Part shown: positions 29,855-39,900 of the stretch, in pieces | How positions within the stretch are numbered: position 1 is the stretch's first letter | How the letters are laid out: each line of letters opens with the position of its first letter | NCBI GenBank assembly: GCA_016784145.1 | Contig: JADHVF010000003.1 | Span: 22,048 to 86,047, forward strand | Direction of reading: 5' to 3' | From: Patescibacteria group bacterium | Lineage (GTDB): Bacteria; Patescibacteriota; Patescibacteriia; UBA2591; UBA6264 | DNA length: 64,000 nt | Notes under the pieces: model-generated | Told to the model about the DNA's origin: nothing | The model's input: the letters and a program-made list of their open reading frames with translations, nothing else | The model's database searches: none | Position numbers and translations under genes: made by a program

Positions 29855-29935
29855 ATAATTAATGATTAATGATTAGTGATTAGTGATTAGTGATTAATGA
29901 TTAATGATTAATAATTAATGATTAGTGATTAATGA
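29855..29935. repeat. TGATTAn heptad microsatellite filling the whole ruvA/rplU convergent spacer
   Basis: attaatgattaatgattagtgattagtgatta..., 11 to 12 units. Confidence 0.85.
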
Positions 29936-30325
29936 TTATTTCGTTTTCTTAACCGTGCTTTTAGCCGGTTTTTTCTTAACCGTGCTTTTAGCCGGTTTTT
30001 TTACTTGGGCAGAAGTAAATGACAAAATCTTGATTTTTGTCTGTAATTGTCTATGCCCTTGTTTTCTTTTATAACGATTTTTACTTTTGTATTTAATGAC
30101 AACAATCTTTGGAGCTTTTTGTTGCTCTAAAATTTCAGCCTTAACAACCATTTTAAGTAATGGTTTGCCTATTTCAATTTTTTTAGACAAATCAAAAAAC
30201 AACAAAACATTATCTAGCATTATTTTGTCACCTGGTTGGCCATCAATTTTCTCTATATTTAATAAATCTCCCTTTTTTACAAGATATTGTTTTCCTCCTG
30301 TTTTTAATACTACAAATTTTTCCAT
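29936..30325 (-). CDS. rplU: 50S ribosomal protein L21 with lysine-rich C-terminal extension
   Basis: MEKFVVLKTGGKQYLVKKGD matches the L21 start. C-terminal KKPAKSTVKK duplicated (27-bp DNA tandem duplication 29947-30000). Confidence 0.8.
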   Translation of the reverse strand: MEKFVVLKTGGKQYLVKKGDLLNIEKIDGQPGDKIMLDNVLLFFDLSKKIEIGKPLLKMVVKAEILEQQKAPKIVVIKYKSKNRYKRKQGHRQLQTKIKILSFTSAQVKKPAKSTVKKKPAKSTVKKTK

Positions 30326-30354
30326 ATTTAATTTATTTTAATAAAAAAACAAAC

Positions 30355-33060
30355 TTATAAAACATCTGCTTTTTCTATTCTTAGTTTACACTTTTTTTCT
30401 AAAATGACAATATCTCTACGAGATATTTTGCCTTCAAGTAAATATTTTGCCAGCACATTATTTATTTTATTTTGAATAACTCTACGTAATGGGCGTGCTC
30501 CAAAAAGAGGATCAAATCCTTGTTTAGCAATATCCACAAGCCCTTGTTCTGTTGTTTTGAAAATAATTCCTTTTTCTTCTAGCTGTTTTGTTAATTTATT
30601 TAACATTAATTGAGCAATTTGCTCGACTTCTTTTATTCCTAGTGGCTTAAAAACAACCACACCGTCATACCTATTCAAAAACTCTGGACGAAAATATGGA
30701 CTTAATTTTTCTCGAATTAATGTCTCTTGAATATCTAAAACTGGCGTTCCCTTACTTATTTCGTTTTGAATAAACTCTGTGCCAGCATTAGAAGTGCTAA
30801 TTAAAATAATATTATTAAATTTAATTGTTCTACCAAAAGCATCTGTTAGGCGTCCATCATCCATGACCTGTAAAAATACATTTAAAATATCTGGGTGGGC
30901 TTTTTCTATTTCATCAAGTAAAAGAAGAGAAGATGGATTTTGTCTGACTGCTTCTGTTAATTGCCCTTGCCTGTCTTGTTGTAAACTCCCTGTTAAACGT
31001 TCTATGCTTGACTTGGTTTGATATTCGCTCATATCTAATCTAATCATCTTTTTCCTGTCACCAAAATAAACATGGGCCACTGTTTTAGCAAGCTCTGTTT
31101 TACCAACTCCGGTTGGTCCTAAAAATAATAAATTAACAATCGGCCGATTAGCACTACGTAATTCTGTCCTTGCCCTCCTCAATGCAGAAGAAACCATATT
31201 GACTGCTTCGTTTTGATTTATTAAGTGTTCATGTATTTGTTCTTCTAAATTAAGTAATTTGGCTGATTCTTTGGCCGTAAGTTTTGTAACAGAGATTCCT
31301 GTTCTAGCTGAAATTAACTCAGCAACATCTTCAATTTTTACTACCGCATTCTGTCCATTTTTATTTTTAACAACTATGGCTGTTTCTTTTAATAAATTAA
31401 TTGCCTTGTCTGGTAAAAACTTTTCATATAAATATTGACTTGAAAATCTAACTGCTCCATCAATTGCCTTGTATGAAAAATATACCCCTTGTTTTGATTC
31501 TATGTAAGCTGAATGATATTCTAAAATTTGAATGGTAGTATTTTCATCTGGCTCTTTTATATTAATTTTTTGAAAAGCATTTCCAAGCTCCTTTCCTTCA
31601 ATTAGTCGCTTATATTCTGAAGGGGTTGATGTTGCTAAAACAAAAACTAAACCTGATTTAACTGCTTCTGCTAAAATCTCTGAAAGATCAAGCTCTCCTT
31701 GAGTTGTTTTAATTCCCACCATATTATGAATGTCTTTTATAAAAAGAATTATATTGCCAGACCTAGCAACCTCGCTAATAACAAATTGTAATCTTTGCTC
31801 TGCTTCTCCTTGATTAGATGCACCAGATATTAAAGCAGAAATACTTAAGTTTACTAACCGTTTGTCTTGTAAATTTTTTGGCATTTCTTCAGAAACCATT
31901 TTTCTGGCAATCCCGTTAATAATAGTTGTTTTGCCTACGCCTGGTTCTCCGACTAAAATTCCACCATTTTTGCCTGTTTGAAGAACTCTTAAAACTTCTT
32001 TTGTTTCTGCTTGCCTATCAATGCACATGCCAATACTTCTATTTCTGGCTTGCTGAGTCAAATCATAACTATATGCATCAAGGTTAGGAGTAGCAATTGC
32101 GGTATAAGAACGATTTATAGGGCCTTTTGGCTTGAATCGCGCCTTGCTAGCAAACTTACTCTGTTCCTCTCTAATTTGATTATAAACATCAATCCATAAA
32201 CAAGCGTTCTTAATATGAATCGGCTCTATTTCTATATCATAAAAAATATCCTTAACAAGTCCATCAAAACTAATCATTGATTCTAATATATCCACTGACG
32301 TCAATGAAATCCTTTGCTTGCTACCAGCTAATATATAGGCCTTTAAAATAACTTTTTTTAATTTTAAAGAATAGCTTGGGGCTTGTCCTTTTTTCTTTGG
32401 CATTTTCTTTAAAAACCTATCAATTTTTTTCTTCAAAACATTAGAACCTATACCAAGTCGATTAATAAGTGCTATCACATCCTTGGAATCCAAGTAAACG
32501 GCTAAAAGATGGATTGGCATTATTTTCTCATGCTTTAATTTCTTTGCCAAAGAATATGCCTTTTGGATAAATAAAGTAGTATTAGAAGAAAAAGCATCAG
32601 CTATTTCTATTTTAAATTTTTTATGCACCTTGTGTGTTTCATCCCAATTATCTGGAGCATTAAAATGTTTTCTAGAAGATTTTGGCCAAGATTTTTGCCT
32701 ATTTTCTTTTAAATGTTCATAAATATAAAATAAATACATGTCTGACAAAACTGAATACCAAAAAATTAATGATAAATTTTGATTAAACCCAATCAATCCG
32801 CAAGAATAAGAAATTAGTCCCTTTTCCTTTAAAAAAGCAAGTATTCCTATTATTCCAAAAACAAATAATAAAAAAACAACTATTATTCTTGATATTTTCT
32901 TGATCCAGAAATAAAATATATCTCCTTGTTTAAAACTTTTTTTAAAAAATAACACATAGCCACCAAACCAAACATAGGCGCCGATACCAAGACATTGCTT
33001 GCACTTATTTGACTGCTTAAATCCAGTCCCGCTACATTTAGGACAAATAATATAATTCAT
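30355..33060 (-). CDS. ClpC/ClpA-like double AAA+ ATPase with N-terminal zinc-ribbon and transmembrane anchor
   Basis: CPKC...CKQC, then 2-3 hydrophobic helices, a Clp-N-like repeat. D1 Walker A GEPGVGKTTII and D2 FLGPTGVGKTELAK. Short linker rather than a ClpB M-domain. Confidence 0.75.
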   Translation of the reverse strand: MNYIICPKCSGTGFKQSNKCKQCLGIGAYVWFGGYVLFFKKSFKQGDIFYFWIKKISRIIVVFLLFVFGIIGILAFLKEKGLISYSCGLIGFNQNLSLIFWYSVLSDMYLFYIYEHLKENRQKSWPKSSRKHFNAPDNWDETHKVHKKFKIEIADAFSSNTTLFIQKAYSLAKKLKHEKIMPIHLLAVYLDSKDVIALINRLGIGSNVLKKKIDRFLKKMPKKKGQAPSYSLKLKKVILKAYILAGSKQRISLTSVDILESMISFDGLVKDIFYDIEIEPIHIKNACLWIDVYNQIREEQSKFASKARFKPKGPINRSYTAIATPNLDAYSYDLTQQARNRSIGMCIDRQAETKEVLRVLQTGKNGGILVGEPGVGKTTIINGIARKMVSEEMPKNLQDKRLVNLSISALISGASNQGEAEQRLQFVISEVARSGNIILFIKDIHNMVGIKTTQGELDLSEILAEAVKSGLVFVLATSTPSEYKRLIEGKELGNAFQKINIKEPDENTTIQILEYHSAYIESKQGVYFSYKAIDGAVRFSSQYLYEKFLPDKAINLLKETAIVVKNKNGQNAVVKIEDVAELISARTGISVTKLTAKESAKLLNLEEQIHEHLINQNEAVNMVSSALRRARTELRSANRPIVNLLFLGPTGVGKTELAKTVAHVYFGDRKKMIRLDMSEYQTKSSIERLTGSLQQDRQGQLTEAVRQNPSSLLLLDEIEKAHPDILNVFLQVMDDGRLTDAFGRTIKFNNIILISTSNAGTEFIQNEISKGTPVLDIQETLIREKLSPYFRPEFLNRYDGVVVFKPLGIKEVEQIAQLMLNKLTKQLEEKGIIFKTTEQGLVDIAKQGFDPLFGARPLRRVIQNKINNVLAKYLLEGKISRRDIVILEKKCKLRIEKADVL

Positions 33061-33063
33061 AGA

Positions 33064-33420
33064 TTAAAATAAAATAATAATTTGAATAACAACTATTATT
33101 GGCAAAATTATCCAGCCAATCAGCAAAAATAACTTAAAAAATGTTCCTAATAAAAATAAAAAAATGCGCCAACATAAAAGAATTAAACGCATGAAAAAAC
33201 TGATTATTCTGCCTGACTTTGTGCTTTGCCCAAACATTGGCTTGAAAAGATATTTAAACATAATCCCTAGCGCAAGATTATGTGCAAGGCCTTTTGTACT
33301 ACGAATAAACCATAAAAATCTTCTTTTTAATCCACTTGTATACCACCAAAAAGGAAAATACAAAACACTCTGAATGCTGTCTAAAAATATAGATTTAATA
33401 ATAGATGTCATTAAAAGCAT
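33064..33420 (-). CDS. hypothetical membrane protein
   Basis: 118 aa, three hydrophobic helices. Confidence 0.3.
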   Translation of the reverse strand: MLLMTSIIKSIFLDSIQSVLYFPFWWYTSGLKRRFLWFIRSTKGLAHNLALGIMFKYLFKPMFGQSTKSGRIISFFMRLILLCWRIFLFLLGTFFKLFLLIGWIILPIIVVIQIIILF

Positions 33421-33431
33421 ATAAAAAATAT

Positions 33432-33692
33432 TTATCTTGCTACAGGAGCAGAGACTATTTGCTTTTCTTTTAATGAATTATCTTGGACAATCATTTTTTT
33501 GTCAGTAATAGACAAAACTTGAATTTTATTAATTATTAAACTACCTTTAAATAAATTTTTAATAAAATTACTACTCTTCACTATATAATTCAACAAATCG
33601 CCGTCTTTGTCAAACTCGACATCAATAATTTTTCCTAAATAATTGGCTGATTCTGTGTAAACTGGTAAATTTATAATTTTTTCTAATTTCAT
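33432..33692 (-). CDS. PRC-barrel-like small protein (YlmC/YmxH-like)
   Basis: YLGKIIDVEFDKDGDLLNYIV resembles the PRC-barrel core. Confidence 0.35.
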   Translation of the reverse strand: MKLEKIINLPVYTESANYLGKIIDVEFDKDGDLLNYIVKSSNFIKNLFKGSLIINKIQVLSITDKKMIVQDNSLKEKQIVSAPVAR

Positions 33693-34366
33693 ACATTAGA
33701 ATGTGAAAAAATAATTTTTTGCTCTAAAATACTTACAAAAATTCCTATTAACCAATATAACAACAAGGCACTTGGCATGCTAACACCGATAAAAAGAGTT
33801 ATCATTGGCATCATAAATTTCATTTGCTTATTCATGCTGGCCATCATTGATTCGTCTTTAGCTCCTTTTTTATTAGCTATATTCGTAGGAGGTTGCTTGT
33901 TTGATATCATCTTAGTTTGCCAATATTGAAATATTGCTGTAATTACAGCAATATAAATATTTGGCTCTGCTAGGTTTAAAATACCGAAACTAACTGGATT
34001 TAATGTATCTGGAATAGTTCTAAAAACCTTAAAAACAGCAATCAAAACAGGTAGTTGAATTAGAATTGGTAAACAAGAAGCAAAAGGATTAACTTTGTTT
34101 TCCTTATAAAAATTCATAATTGCCTGAGACTGCTTTTGCTTGTCTTTTGAATGCTTTTGCTTGATTTCTTCTAATTTCGGTTGTATTTCTTTTAAAGATT
34201 TTTGTGCTTTAACTGATTTTATAGAAAGAGGCAAAAGAAATGCCTTAATTATTAATGTCAAAACAATAATTGCTATTCCGAGATCATTCCATGGAGAAAA
34301 ATTATATAGAAACACCAACAACTTAAGCAATGGTTCATAGAGAAGAATATTGAATAGATCAGACAT
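33689..34366 (-). CDS. yidC: membrane protein insertase YidC (short Gram-positive type)
   Basis: Five TM helices. QPKLEEIKQKH...NPFASCLPILIQLPVLIAVF motif. Confidence 0.8.
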   Translation of the reverse strand: MSDLFNILLYEPLLKLLVFLYNFSPWNDLGIAIIVLTLIIKAFLLPLSIKSVKAQKSLKEIQPKLEEIKQKHSKDKQKQSQAIMNFYKENKVNPFASCLPILIQLPVLIAVFKVFRTIPDTLNPVSFGILNLAEPNIYIAVITAIFQYWQTKMISNKQPPTNIANKKGAKDESMMASMNKQMKFMMPMITLFIGVSMPSALLLYWLIGIFVSILEQKIIFSHSNV

Positions 34367-34393
34367 AAACTAATATTTTTTAATAAAAAATTA

Positions 34394-34630
34394 TTATGGT
34401 TTATCGTTTCCTCCGTCAGACCAAGGATGACATCTAAAGATTCTACCAGCTGCTTTTAGTCCTCCTCTTATAACCCCATATTTTTTTACTGCTAAATAAG
34501 CATACTCTGAGCAGGTAGGTTGGAACTTACATATTCCCGGACCATGATAAAAAAAAGATAACAATCCTTGATCAATAGAAAATATTTTTTGATAAAAACG
34601 AATTATTTTTAAAACAATGAATTTAATCAT
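34394..34630 (-). CDS. yidD: membrane protein insertion efficiency factor YidD
   Basis: [11 protein letters not shown] signature. Confidence 0.8.
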   Translation of the reverse strand: MIKFIVLKIIRFYQKIFSIDQGLLSFFYHGPGICKFQPTCSEYAYLAVKKYGVIRGGLKAAGRIFRCHPWSDGGNDKP

Positions 34631-34967
34631 TAATTAATTTTTTCTTTTTTAAAATATTTAAAAAATTATTTTTAACTTCTGCATAAGTTAAATCCTTTAT
34701 TCCTTGCCTAGTTAAAATTAAAAAATCAAAACCTGATTTTATCTTACTTAAATCTTCTCTTATAATCGATCGAAACATTCTTTTTATTTTGTTTCTAATT
34801 ACAGCCTTTTTATCCACTTTTAAAGAAACAACAACTCCAAAACGAGAATGCTCTAATTCGTTTTTTATCCATTTAATTCCAAAACTTTTAAGAAAAAATT
34901 TATCACCTTCTTTTGAAACCTTTGTAAAATCTTTATTTTTCCTTAAACGATAAACTTTGGGCAACAT
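34623..34967 (-). CDS. rnpA: ribonuclease P protein component
   Basis: [16 protein letters not shown] start, basic 114-aa protein, classic position between rpmH and yidD. Confidence 0.75.
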   Translation of the reverse strand: MLPKVYRLRKNKDFTKVSKEGDKFFLKSFGIKWIKNELEHSRFGVVVSLKVDKKAVIRNKIKRMFRSIIREDLSKIKSGFDFLILTRQGIKDLTYAEVKNNFLNILKKKKLIND

Positions 34968-34976
34968 AATAAGGCC

Positions 34977-35114
34977 TTAGACAGTTAATTTTGCTCTTTG
35001 TTTAAGTCTTCTATTTTTTAGAATCTTCTTACCTGCTTTTGTTTGCATTCTTTTTTTGAATCCATGTTTTTTGTTTCTTTTTCTTTGGTTAGGTTGATAT
35101 GTTCTTTTTGGCAT
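34977..35114 (-). CDS. rpmH: 50S ribosomal protein L34 (45 aa, absent from ORF track)
   Basis: Manual translation [45 protein letters not shown]. Confidence 0.85.
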   Translation of the reverse strand: MPKRTYQPNQRKRNKKHGFKKRMQTKAGKKILKNRRLKQRAKLTV

Positions 35115-35161
35115 ATTCTTAGTATATAATAAATTAATATTTATAACAATAATCAAATTAA

Positions 35162-36679
35162 TTATCTTGCATATTCTGTGATTCTGTTTTCTCTAATTAC
35201 TGTTACTTTTATTTCTCCTGGATATTTTAACTCCTCTTCTATTCTTTTACTAATTTTTTGAGCCATTTTACCAGCTATTAAATCATCAATTTCTCCTGAC
35301 TTTACAAAAACCCTTAACTCTCTACCTGCTTGAATTGCATAACTTTTTTCAACTCCTGGAAAAACTTTGGCTATTTCTTCTAATTCTTTTAATCTTTTAA
35401 CATACTTTTCATAGCTATCTCTTCTTGCCCCTGGCCTTGAACTTGATATAGCGTCAGCAACCTTAACAATCACCCCCTCTAAAGTTGAAGGGTGGTCATC
35501 ATGGTGCTCCATTGCAGCCGTAATTATTTTTTCCTGTATGTTATATTTTTCTGCTAGATCTTTCCCTAATTCTGTGTGTGTTCCCTGAATCTCAAAGTCA
35601 ATTGCCTTGCCAATATCGTGAATTAATCCTGCCTTTTTAGCAATGGCAACATTTGCTCCTAATTCTATGGCTAGCATTTCTGACAAATTTGCCACCTCAA
35701 TAGAGTGAAGCAAAACATTTTGCCCATAGCTTGTTCTATATTTTAACCTACCAAGAGCTTGAATAATTTTAGCATTAAGTCCGGCCACTCCTGTTTCTTG
35801 AACAGTTGCTTCCCCTGCTTTTTTTATTTCTTTAGCCAACTCTTTTTTTGTTTGAGAAATTACACTTTCAATACGAGCTGGCTGAATTCTCCCGTCTAAA
35901 ATTAATTTTTCAATAGAGAGCTTTGCTAATTGTCTCCTAATTGGATTAAAGGAAGATATAATTATTGCCTCTGGAGTATCGTCAACAATCACCTCCACTC
36001 CTGTAAGTTGTTCTATTACCTTTATGTTTCTTCCTTCTCTTCCTATGATGCGCCCCTTCATCTCGTCAGAAGGCAACAAAACAGTCGAAGATGATCTTTC
36101 TGAGAAATGAGACATATCCATTCGTTCCATTACATCAACCATTAATTGCTTTGTCTGTTTTTCAATTTCTTCTCCTCCTTCTTGTTTTAATTTTTTAATC
36201 CTCAAAAGCAAGTCATCTTTGAACTCTTTTTCTATTGAATCAAATAAAAGATCTTTTGCTTCTTGTTTGTTTAATCCTGAAATTTTTTCTAATTTAGCTT
36301 TTGCTTCTCTGTAAAGCTCTCTGACTTTGTCCTTTGCTCCTTCTATTTTGTTTAAATCAACAGAAATTTTATTTTGTTTTTTGTCTAATTCTAAAATCTT
36401 TTTTTCAAAAAGTTCTCTACGTTGTTCTAATCTATTTTCTAGCACCTTTAGCTCTTCTCTTCTTTTTGTTTCTTCTTTTTTACTTTTTTCAGCAAACTTT
36501 AAGGAATCTTCTCTAGCACTAAAAAATATTTCCTGCTGTTTTACCTTTGCTTTGGTTAAAATATTTTTTGCTCTTGTTTCTGCTGATGATATTGTTTTTT
36601 TACTTATTTGTTTACGTAAAAACCACCCAATTAAAAAGCTAAAAACAATTGCAATTAAAACGAAAATATAATAATTCAT
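35162..36679 (-). CDS. rny: ribonuclease Y
   Basis: N-terminal TM helix, coiled coil, KH domain, HD domain ([13 protein letters not shown]...LIHDIGKA). Confidence 0.85.
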   Translation of the reverse strand: MNYYIFVLIAIVFSFLIGWFLRKQISKKTISSAETRAKNILTKAKVKQQEIFFSAREDSLKFAEKSKKEETKRREELKVLENRLEQRRELFEKKILELDKKQNKISVDLNKIEGAKDKVRELYREAKAKLEKISGLNKQEAKDLLFDSIEKEFKDDLLLRIKKLKQEGGEEIEKQTKQLMVDVMERMDMSHFSERSSSTVLLPSDEMKGRIIGREGRNIKVIEQLTGVEVIVDDTPEAIIISSFNPIRRQLAKLSIEKLILDGRIQPARIESVISQTKKELAKEIKKAGEATVQETGVAGLNAKIIQALGRLKYRTSYGQNVLLHSIEVANLSEMLAIELGANVAIAKKAGLIHDIGKAIDFEIQGTHTELGKDLAEKYNIQEKIITAAMEHHDDHPSTLEGVIVKVADAISSSRPGARRDSYEKYVKRLKELEEIAKVFPGVEKSYAIQAGRELRVFVKSGEIDDLIAGKMAQKISKRIEEELKYPGEIKVTVIRENRITEYAR

Positions 36680-36754
36680 ATAATTTTATTTTTTATTAAA
36701 ATTAAAAACCAAGACCTTTAAGTCCGGCTTTTTATTAAAATGTTTTAGCAAAAA

Positions 36755-37330
36755 TTACTTTATAATTTTGTCAATCAATCCATATTTCTTAGCTTGAACA
36801 GCAGACATAAAAAAATCTCTATCAATATCTTTTTGAATTTTGCTTATTTTTTGTCCTGTGTGTTTAGCTAAAATTTTATTAAGATTGTCTCTTATTTTTA
36901 AAATGTGCTCAGCTCTAATCTTAATATCAGATGCTTGTCCTTGTGTTCCACCCATTACTTGGTGTAACATTATTTCTGCATTAGGCAGAGCACAACGCTT
37001 TCCTTTACTTCCTCCTGACAGCAGAACTGCTCCCATAGAAGCTGCAATTCCAATACAAATAGTCATTATTTTTGGTTTAATGTATTGAATTGTATCATAA
37101 ATAGCCATGCCAGCTGTTACTGATCCTCCTGGACTATTAATATAAATTTTGATGTCTTTTTTTTCGTCTTCGCTTTCTAAAAATAAAAGTTGAGCTATTA
37201 TAGTATTCGCCAAACCATCTGTAATTTCATCTCCAAGAAAAATAATTCTTTCTTTCAAAAGCCGGGAATAAATATCATAAGCCCGTTCTCCGGTAGAAGA
37301 CTTTTCTACAACTGTTGGAACGAGATGCAT
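36755..37330 (-). CDS. clpP: ATP-dependent Clp protease proteolytic subunit
   Basis: [18 protein letters not shown], catalytic Ser context GIAASMGA, His/Asp downstream. Confidence 0.85.
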   Translation of the reverse strand: MHLVPTVVEKSSTGERAYDIYSRLLKERIIFLGDEITDGLANTIIAQLLFLESEDEKKDIKIYINSPGGSVTAGMAIYDTIQYIKPKIMTICIGIAASMGAVLLSGGSKGKRCALPNAEIMLHQVMGGTQGQASDIKIRAEHILKIRDNLNKILAKHTGQKISKIQKDIDRDFFMSAVQAKKYGLIDKIIK

Positions 37331-37399
37331 ACTTATATTAGTTTAAAGTTTATTTATTATGTTAATATTATAATATTATAAAATACATTAGTCAAGAAC

Positions 37400-37430
37400 A
37401 ATGGCCCTGTTTTCAGGGCCATTATTTTTA
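37400..37430 (-). terminator. terminator hairpin directly after the 314-aa ORF stop
   Basis: AATGGCCCTG-ttttc-AGGGCCATT with flanking T/A runs. Confidence 0.45.
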
Positions 37431-38372
37431 CAACTCTACAATTGGACGGAATGAAACATCTGCTCTATTTAAAACTCTTCTTTGACAATCAATATTAGTT
37501 AATCCGCCATAAACAGAACTCCCACCAAATCCTTGGATGCTTTTATTCCCCTTAAACCTTTCTTCATGCCAGACAAAAGTATCTGTATTTTTGTCTTCCC
37601 TTCTGGGCATATATGAATAAAGTTGGGGGATTATATTTGCTTCAATTACTCTTTCTAAGCGGATTTGATTTTTGGCAATGCCTATTTTTTTTGCCAAACG
37701 AGGCCTAATGGATTCATCAAATTCACGAGCAGAAATACCAAACCTTGACATTTTTGGAACATATTTATCATATGGCGTTATTTCGTTCTTATGTCTTAAC
37801 TTAGAAATAATATACCCTAACAAATTGTCATTTTCATAAATTTGTTTATTTTGTCTTCTGCGATTGGGTTTACACCTGGTATCGATTAAAACAACATTAC
37901 CATTGTTCTCCCCAAGCAGCAAGGCATTTGCTTCTATAAATTCATCAAATGACCTTCTTAGTATCTTTGCTTGTTTATTTTGAGAATAAAACCATTTACT
38001 TGGTTTAATTTTCCATCCTGGTAAATCATTATGGATTGACAAATCAATTGCTGGCAAGAAATGTGGCTCTAGTCCTATTCTTCCCCATTTTACAATTTTT
38101 TTAACTCCATAATATTCAATTGTTTCAGCAAACATATCTAATCTTGGATTTGTGCCAAAAAATTTAAAATGATGTCTTCTTTCTGCTTCAACAATCTCAT
38201 CTACCCATTCAGTGCTTCTTGGCTTGACTGAATGTCCTTCAATTATCAACTGCAAGGCATTAAGCACTTTGTCTGGATTTAGTAAATTTTTACGAAATCG
38301 AAACTGCAGTTCAAATAATTTATTGTAGAATTGGACTTTTTGTTTGTCAGCAACAACCTTTTTAGTCGTCAT
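37428..38372 (-). CDS. hypothetical protein (314 aa), monocistronic, no recognised domain
   Basis: GGAGG SD upstream of ATG. Hairpins on both sides. No Walker, nuclease or nucleotidyltransferase motifs recognised. Confidence 0.4.
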   Translation of the reverse strand: MTTKKVVADKQKVQFYNKLFELQFRFRKNLLNPDKVLNALQLIIEGHSVKPRSTEWVDEIVEAERRHHFKFFGTNPRLDMFAETIEYYGVKKIVKWGRIGLEPHFLPAIDLSIHNDLPGWKIKPSKWFYSQNKQAKILRRSFDEFIEANALLLGENNGNVVLIDTRCKPNRRRQNKQIYENDNLLGYIISKLRHKNEITPYDKYVPKMSRFGISAREFDESIRPRLAKKIGIAKNQIRLERVIEANIIPQLYSYMPRREDKNTDTFVWHEERFKGNKSIQGFGGSSVYGGLTNIDCQRRVLNRADVSFRPIVEL

Positions 38373-38411
38373 AACAAACCTCCTTTTCTTTTTTTTAATG
38401 AGCTAATCATA

Positions 38412-38456
38412 AATAACCATTGGTTATTTATGGCTATAACCCTGTATTATAGCCTC
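38412..38456. promoter_or_regulatory. 23-bp near-perfect palindrome ATAAATAACCA-t-TGGTTATTTAT plus adjacent hairpin GGCTATAA-n8-TTATAGCC, upstream of the 314-aa ORF
   Basis: 11-bp inverted arms with 1-nt spacer read directly from sequence. Confidence 0.4.
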
Positions 38457-38526
38457 TTTAGTATATAAAATCCTGGCAATTTGTCAATATTAAAAAAGGA
38501 GCCCTTTGCTGGACTCCTTTTGATTT

Positions 38527-38754
38527 TTATTTTTTACAAACAGAGCTAGTTAATGTCAATGGATTAACAAATTCTTCAAAAAAAGGAGATGGATGGTCCT
38601 TAATTTCCTGTCTTATCTTTTCCTGCTCTTCTTTTGTCAGTGCTGCTAATTGTCTTAAAACATTATCATTATCTTTTAAAATTTTTCCCTGCTTGTTCTT
38701 TCTTGCTCTCACATTATCCTCCTTGTTTATATTTCTAAGAAAAGTAAACAGCAC
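38527..38754 (-). CDS. hypothetical small protein (75 aa)
   Basis: ORF followed (on minus) by hairpin AAAGGAG.../...CTCCTTTT + T-run at 38470-38525. Confidence 0.3.
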   Translation of the reverse strand: MLFTFLRNINKEDNVRARKNKQGKILKDNDNVLRQLAALTKEEQEKIRQEIKDHPSPFFEEFVNPLTLTSSVCKK

Positions 38755-38786
38755 AATGCTATTTACTTTTTTTAGTTTATCAAAAT

Positions 38787-39299
38787 CTATACTTTTGTCA
38801 ACCTTTTATAAGATTCTATTGCCTGAATAACGTTTTTAAAAGCAAATTTTTTTGGGAGACTGTCAAGATTAACCCATTTTACACTCTTAACATCAGATGC
38901 TGGAATTATATTCCCTTTTGTTATTTTTGATAGATAACAAACATTTAAAGTGTATAAATCTTTGCCAGCAGATAGATATTTATCAATAAAAAATCCTATT
39001 ATTTTATCTAATTTTATTTCTACTCCTAACTCTTCCTTAACTTCTCTCTTAATGCCAGTTTTTGGATGTTCTCCTTCTTCTAAAAAACCGCCCGGCAAAT
39101 CCCAAAAACCCTTATATGGATCAATTCCTCTTTTTGTTAATAAAATTTTATCTTGTTTGACAATAATAGCAGTAACACATGGTCTTGAATTTTGATAAAA
39201 AAATAAATCACACCTATTACAATATTGCCTTGATGCTTTTTCGTGATTTATTTTCTTAACAAGCTTGTTGCCGCACTTTGAACAAAATTTATAAAACAT
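38787..39299 (-). CDS. NUDIX hydrolase with N-terminal C4 zinc ribbon
   Basis: CSKCGN...CNRCD, NUDIX box GGFLEEGEHPKTGIKREVKEELGV. Confidence 0.75.
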   Translation of the reverse strand: MFYKFCSKCGNKLVKKINHEKASRQYCNRCDLFFYQNSRPCVTAIIVKQDKILLTKRGIDPYKGFWDLPGGFLEEGEHPKTGIKREVKEELGVEIKLDKIIGFFIDKYLSAGKDLYTLNVCYLSKITKGNIIPASDVKSVKWVNLDSLPKKFAFKNVIQAIESYKRLTKV

Positions 39300-39388
39300 T
39301 AAAAAAATATTTAGCTTTTATTTCCCTAATTTTCATATAATATCAGTTATTGATTTGAATTTTATAATCTTTTGCCTCCAGACAAAAA

Positions 39389-39473
39389 CGGAGAGGGAGG
39401 GATTCGAACCCTCGATACCTTGCGATATACTGGTTTTCGAAACCAGCGCCTTCAACCACTCAGCCACCTCTCC
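39389..39473 (-). tRNA. tRNA-Ser (CGA), long variable arm
   Basis: Reverse complement GGAGAGGTGGCTGAGTGGTTGAAGGCG-CTGGT-TTCGAAA-ACCAG...GGTTCGAATCCCTC. Confidence 0.8.
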
Positions 39474-39518
39474 TTAATTTTATTTAAATTATATTTTTTC
39501 GTAAAACCTTCTATCTAC

Positions 39519-39900
39519 TTAATTTTCTACTTAGGTCTACTTAGGGGCAAGGCCTCTAAGTAAAACTCTCAGTGAGGTAGTTGATTATTGATTATTGATT
39601 ACTAATTACTGATTATTGATTACTGATTATTGATTTCTATTCTACTTAGGGGCAAGGCCTCTAAGTAAAGACATAAGTCAAGAAAAGCAAGTATTAACAC
39701 CAAAACCTCATCCTGTTCCTCGACCAAAACCTGACTTAGGGGCAAGGCCTCTAAGTGAGGTAGTTGATTATTGATTATTGATTATTGATTTGTACTCTAC
39801 TTAGGGGCAAGACCTCTAAGTGAGGTAGTTGATTATTGATTACTGATTATTGATTACTACTCTACTTAGGGGCAAGACCTCTAAGTGAGAGTAAGTGAGG
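39519..39900. repeat. cluster C of the GC-rich palindromic repeat (opposite orientation: CTACTTAGGGGCAAGGCCTCTAAGT) with TGATTAn heptads
   Basis: Cores at 39537-39561, 39642-39666, 39735-39758, 39797-39821, 39862-39886. Confidence 0.8.

Noticed and set aside
36327-36671. Plus-strand ORFs inside rny (114 aa and 60 aa)
   Set aside because: Ser/Phe/Leu-rich mirror translation of the RNase Y coiled-coil region on the opposite strand.
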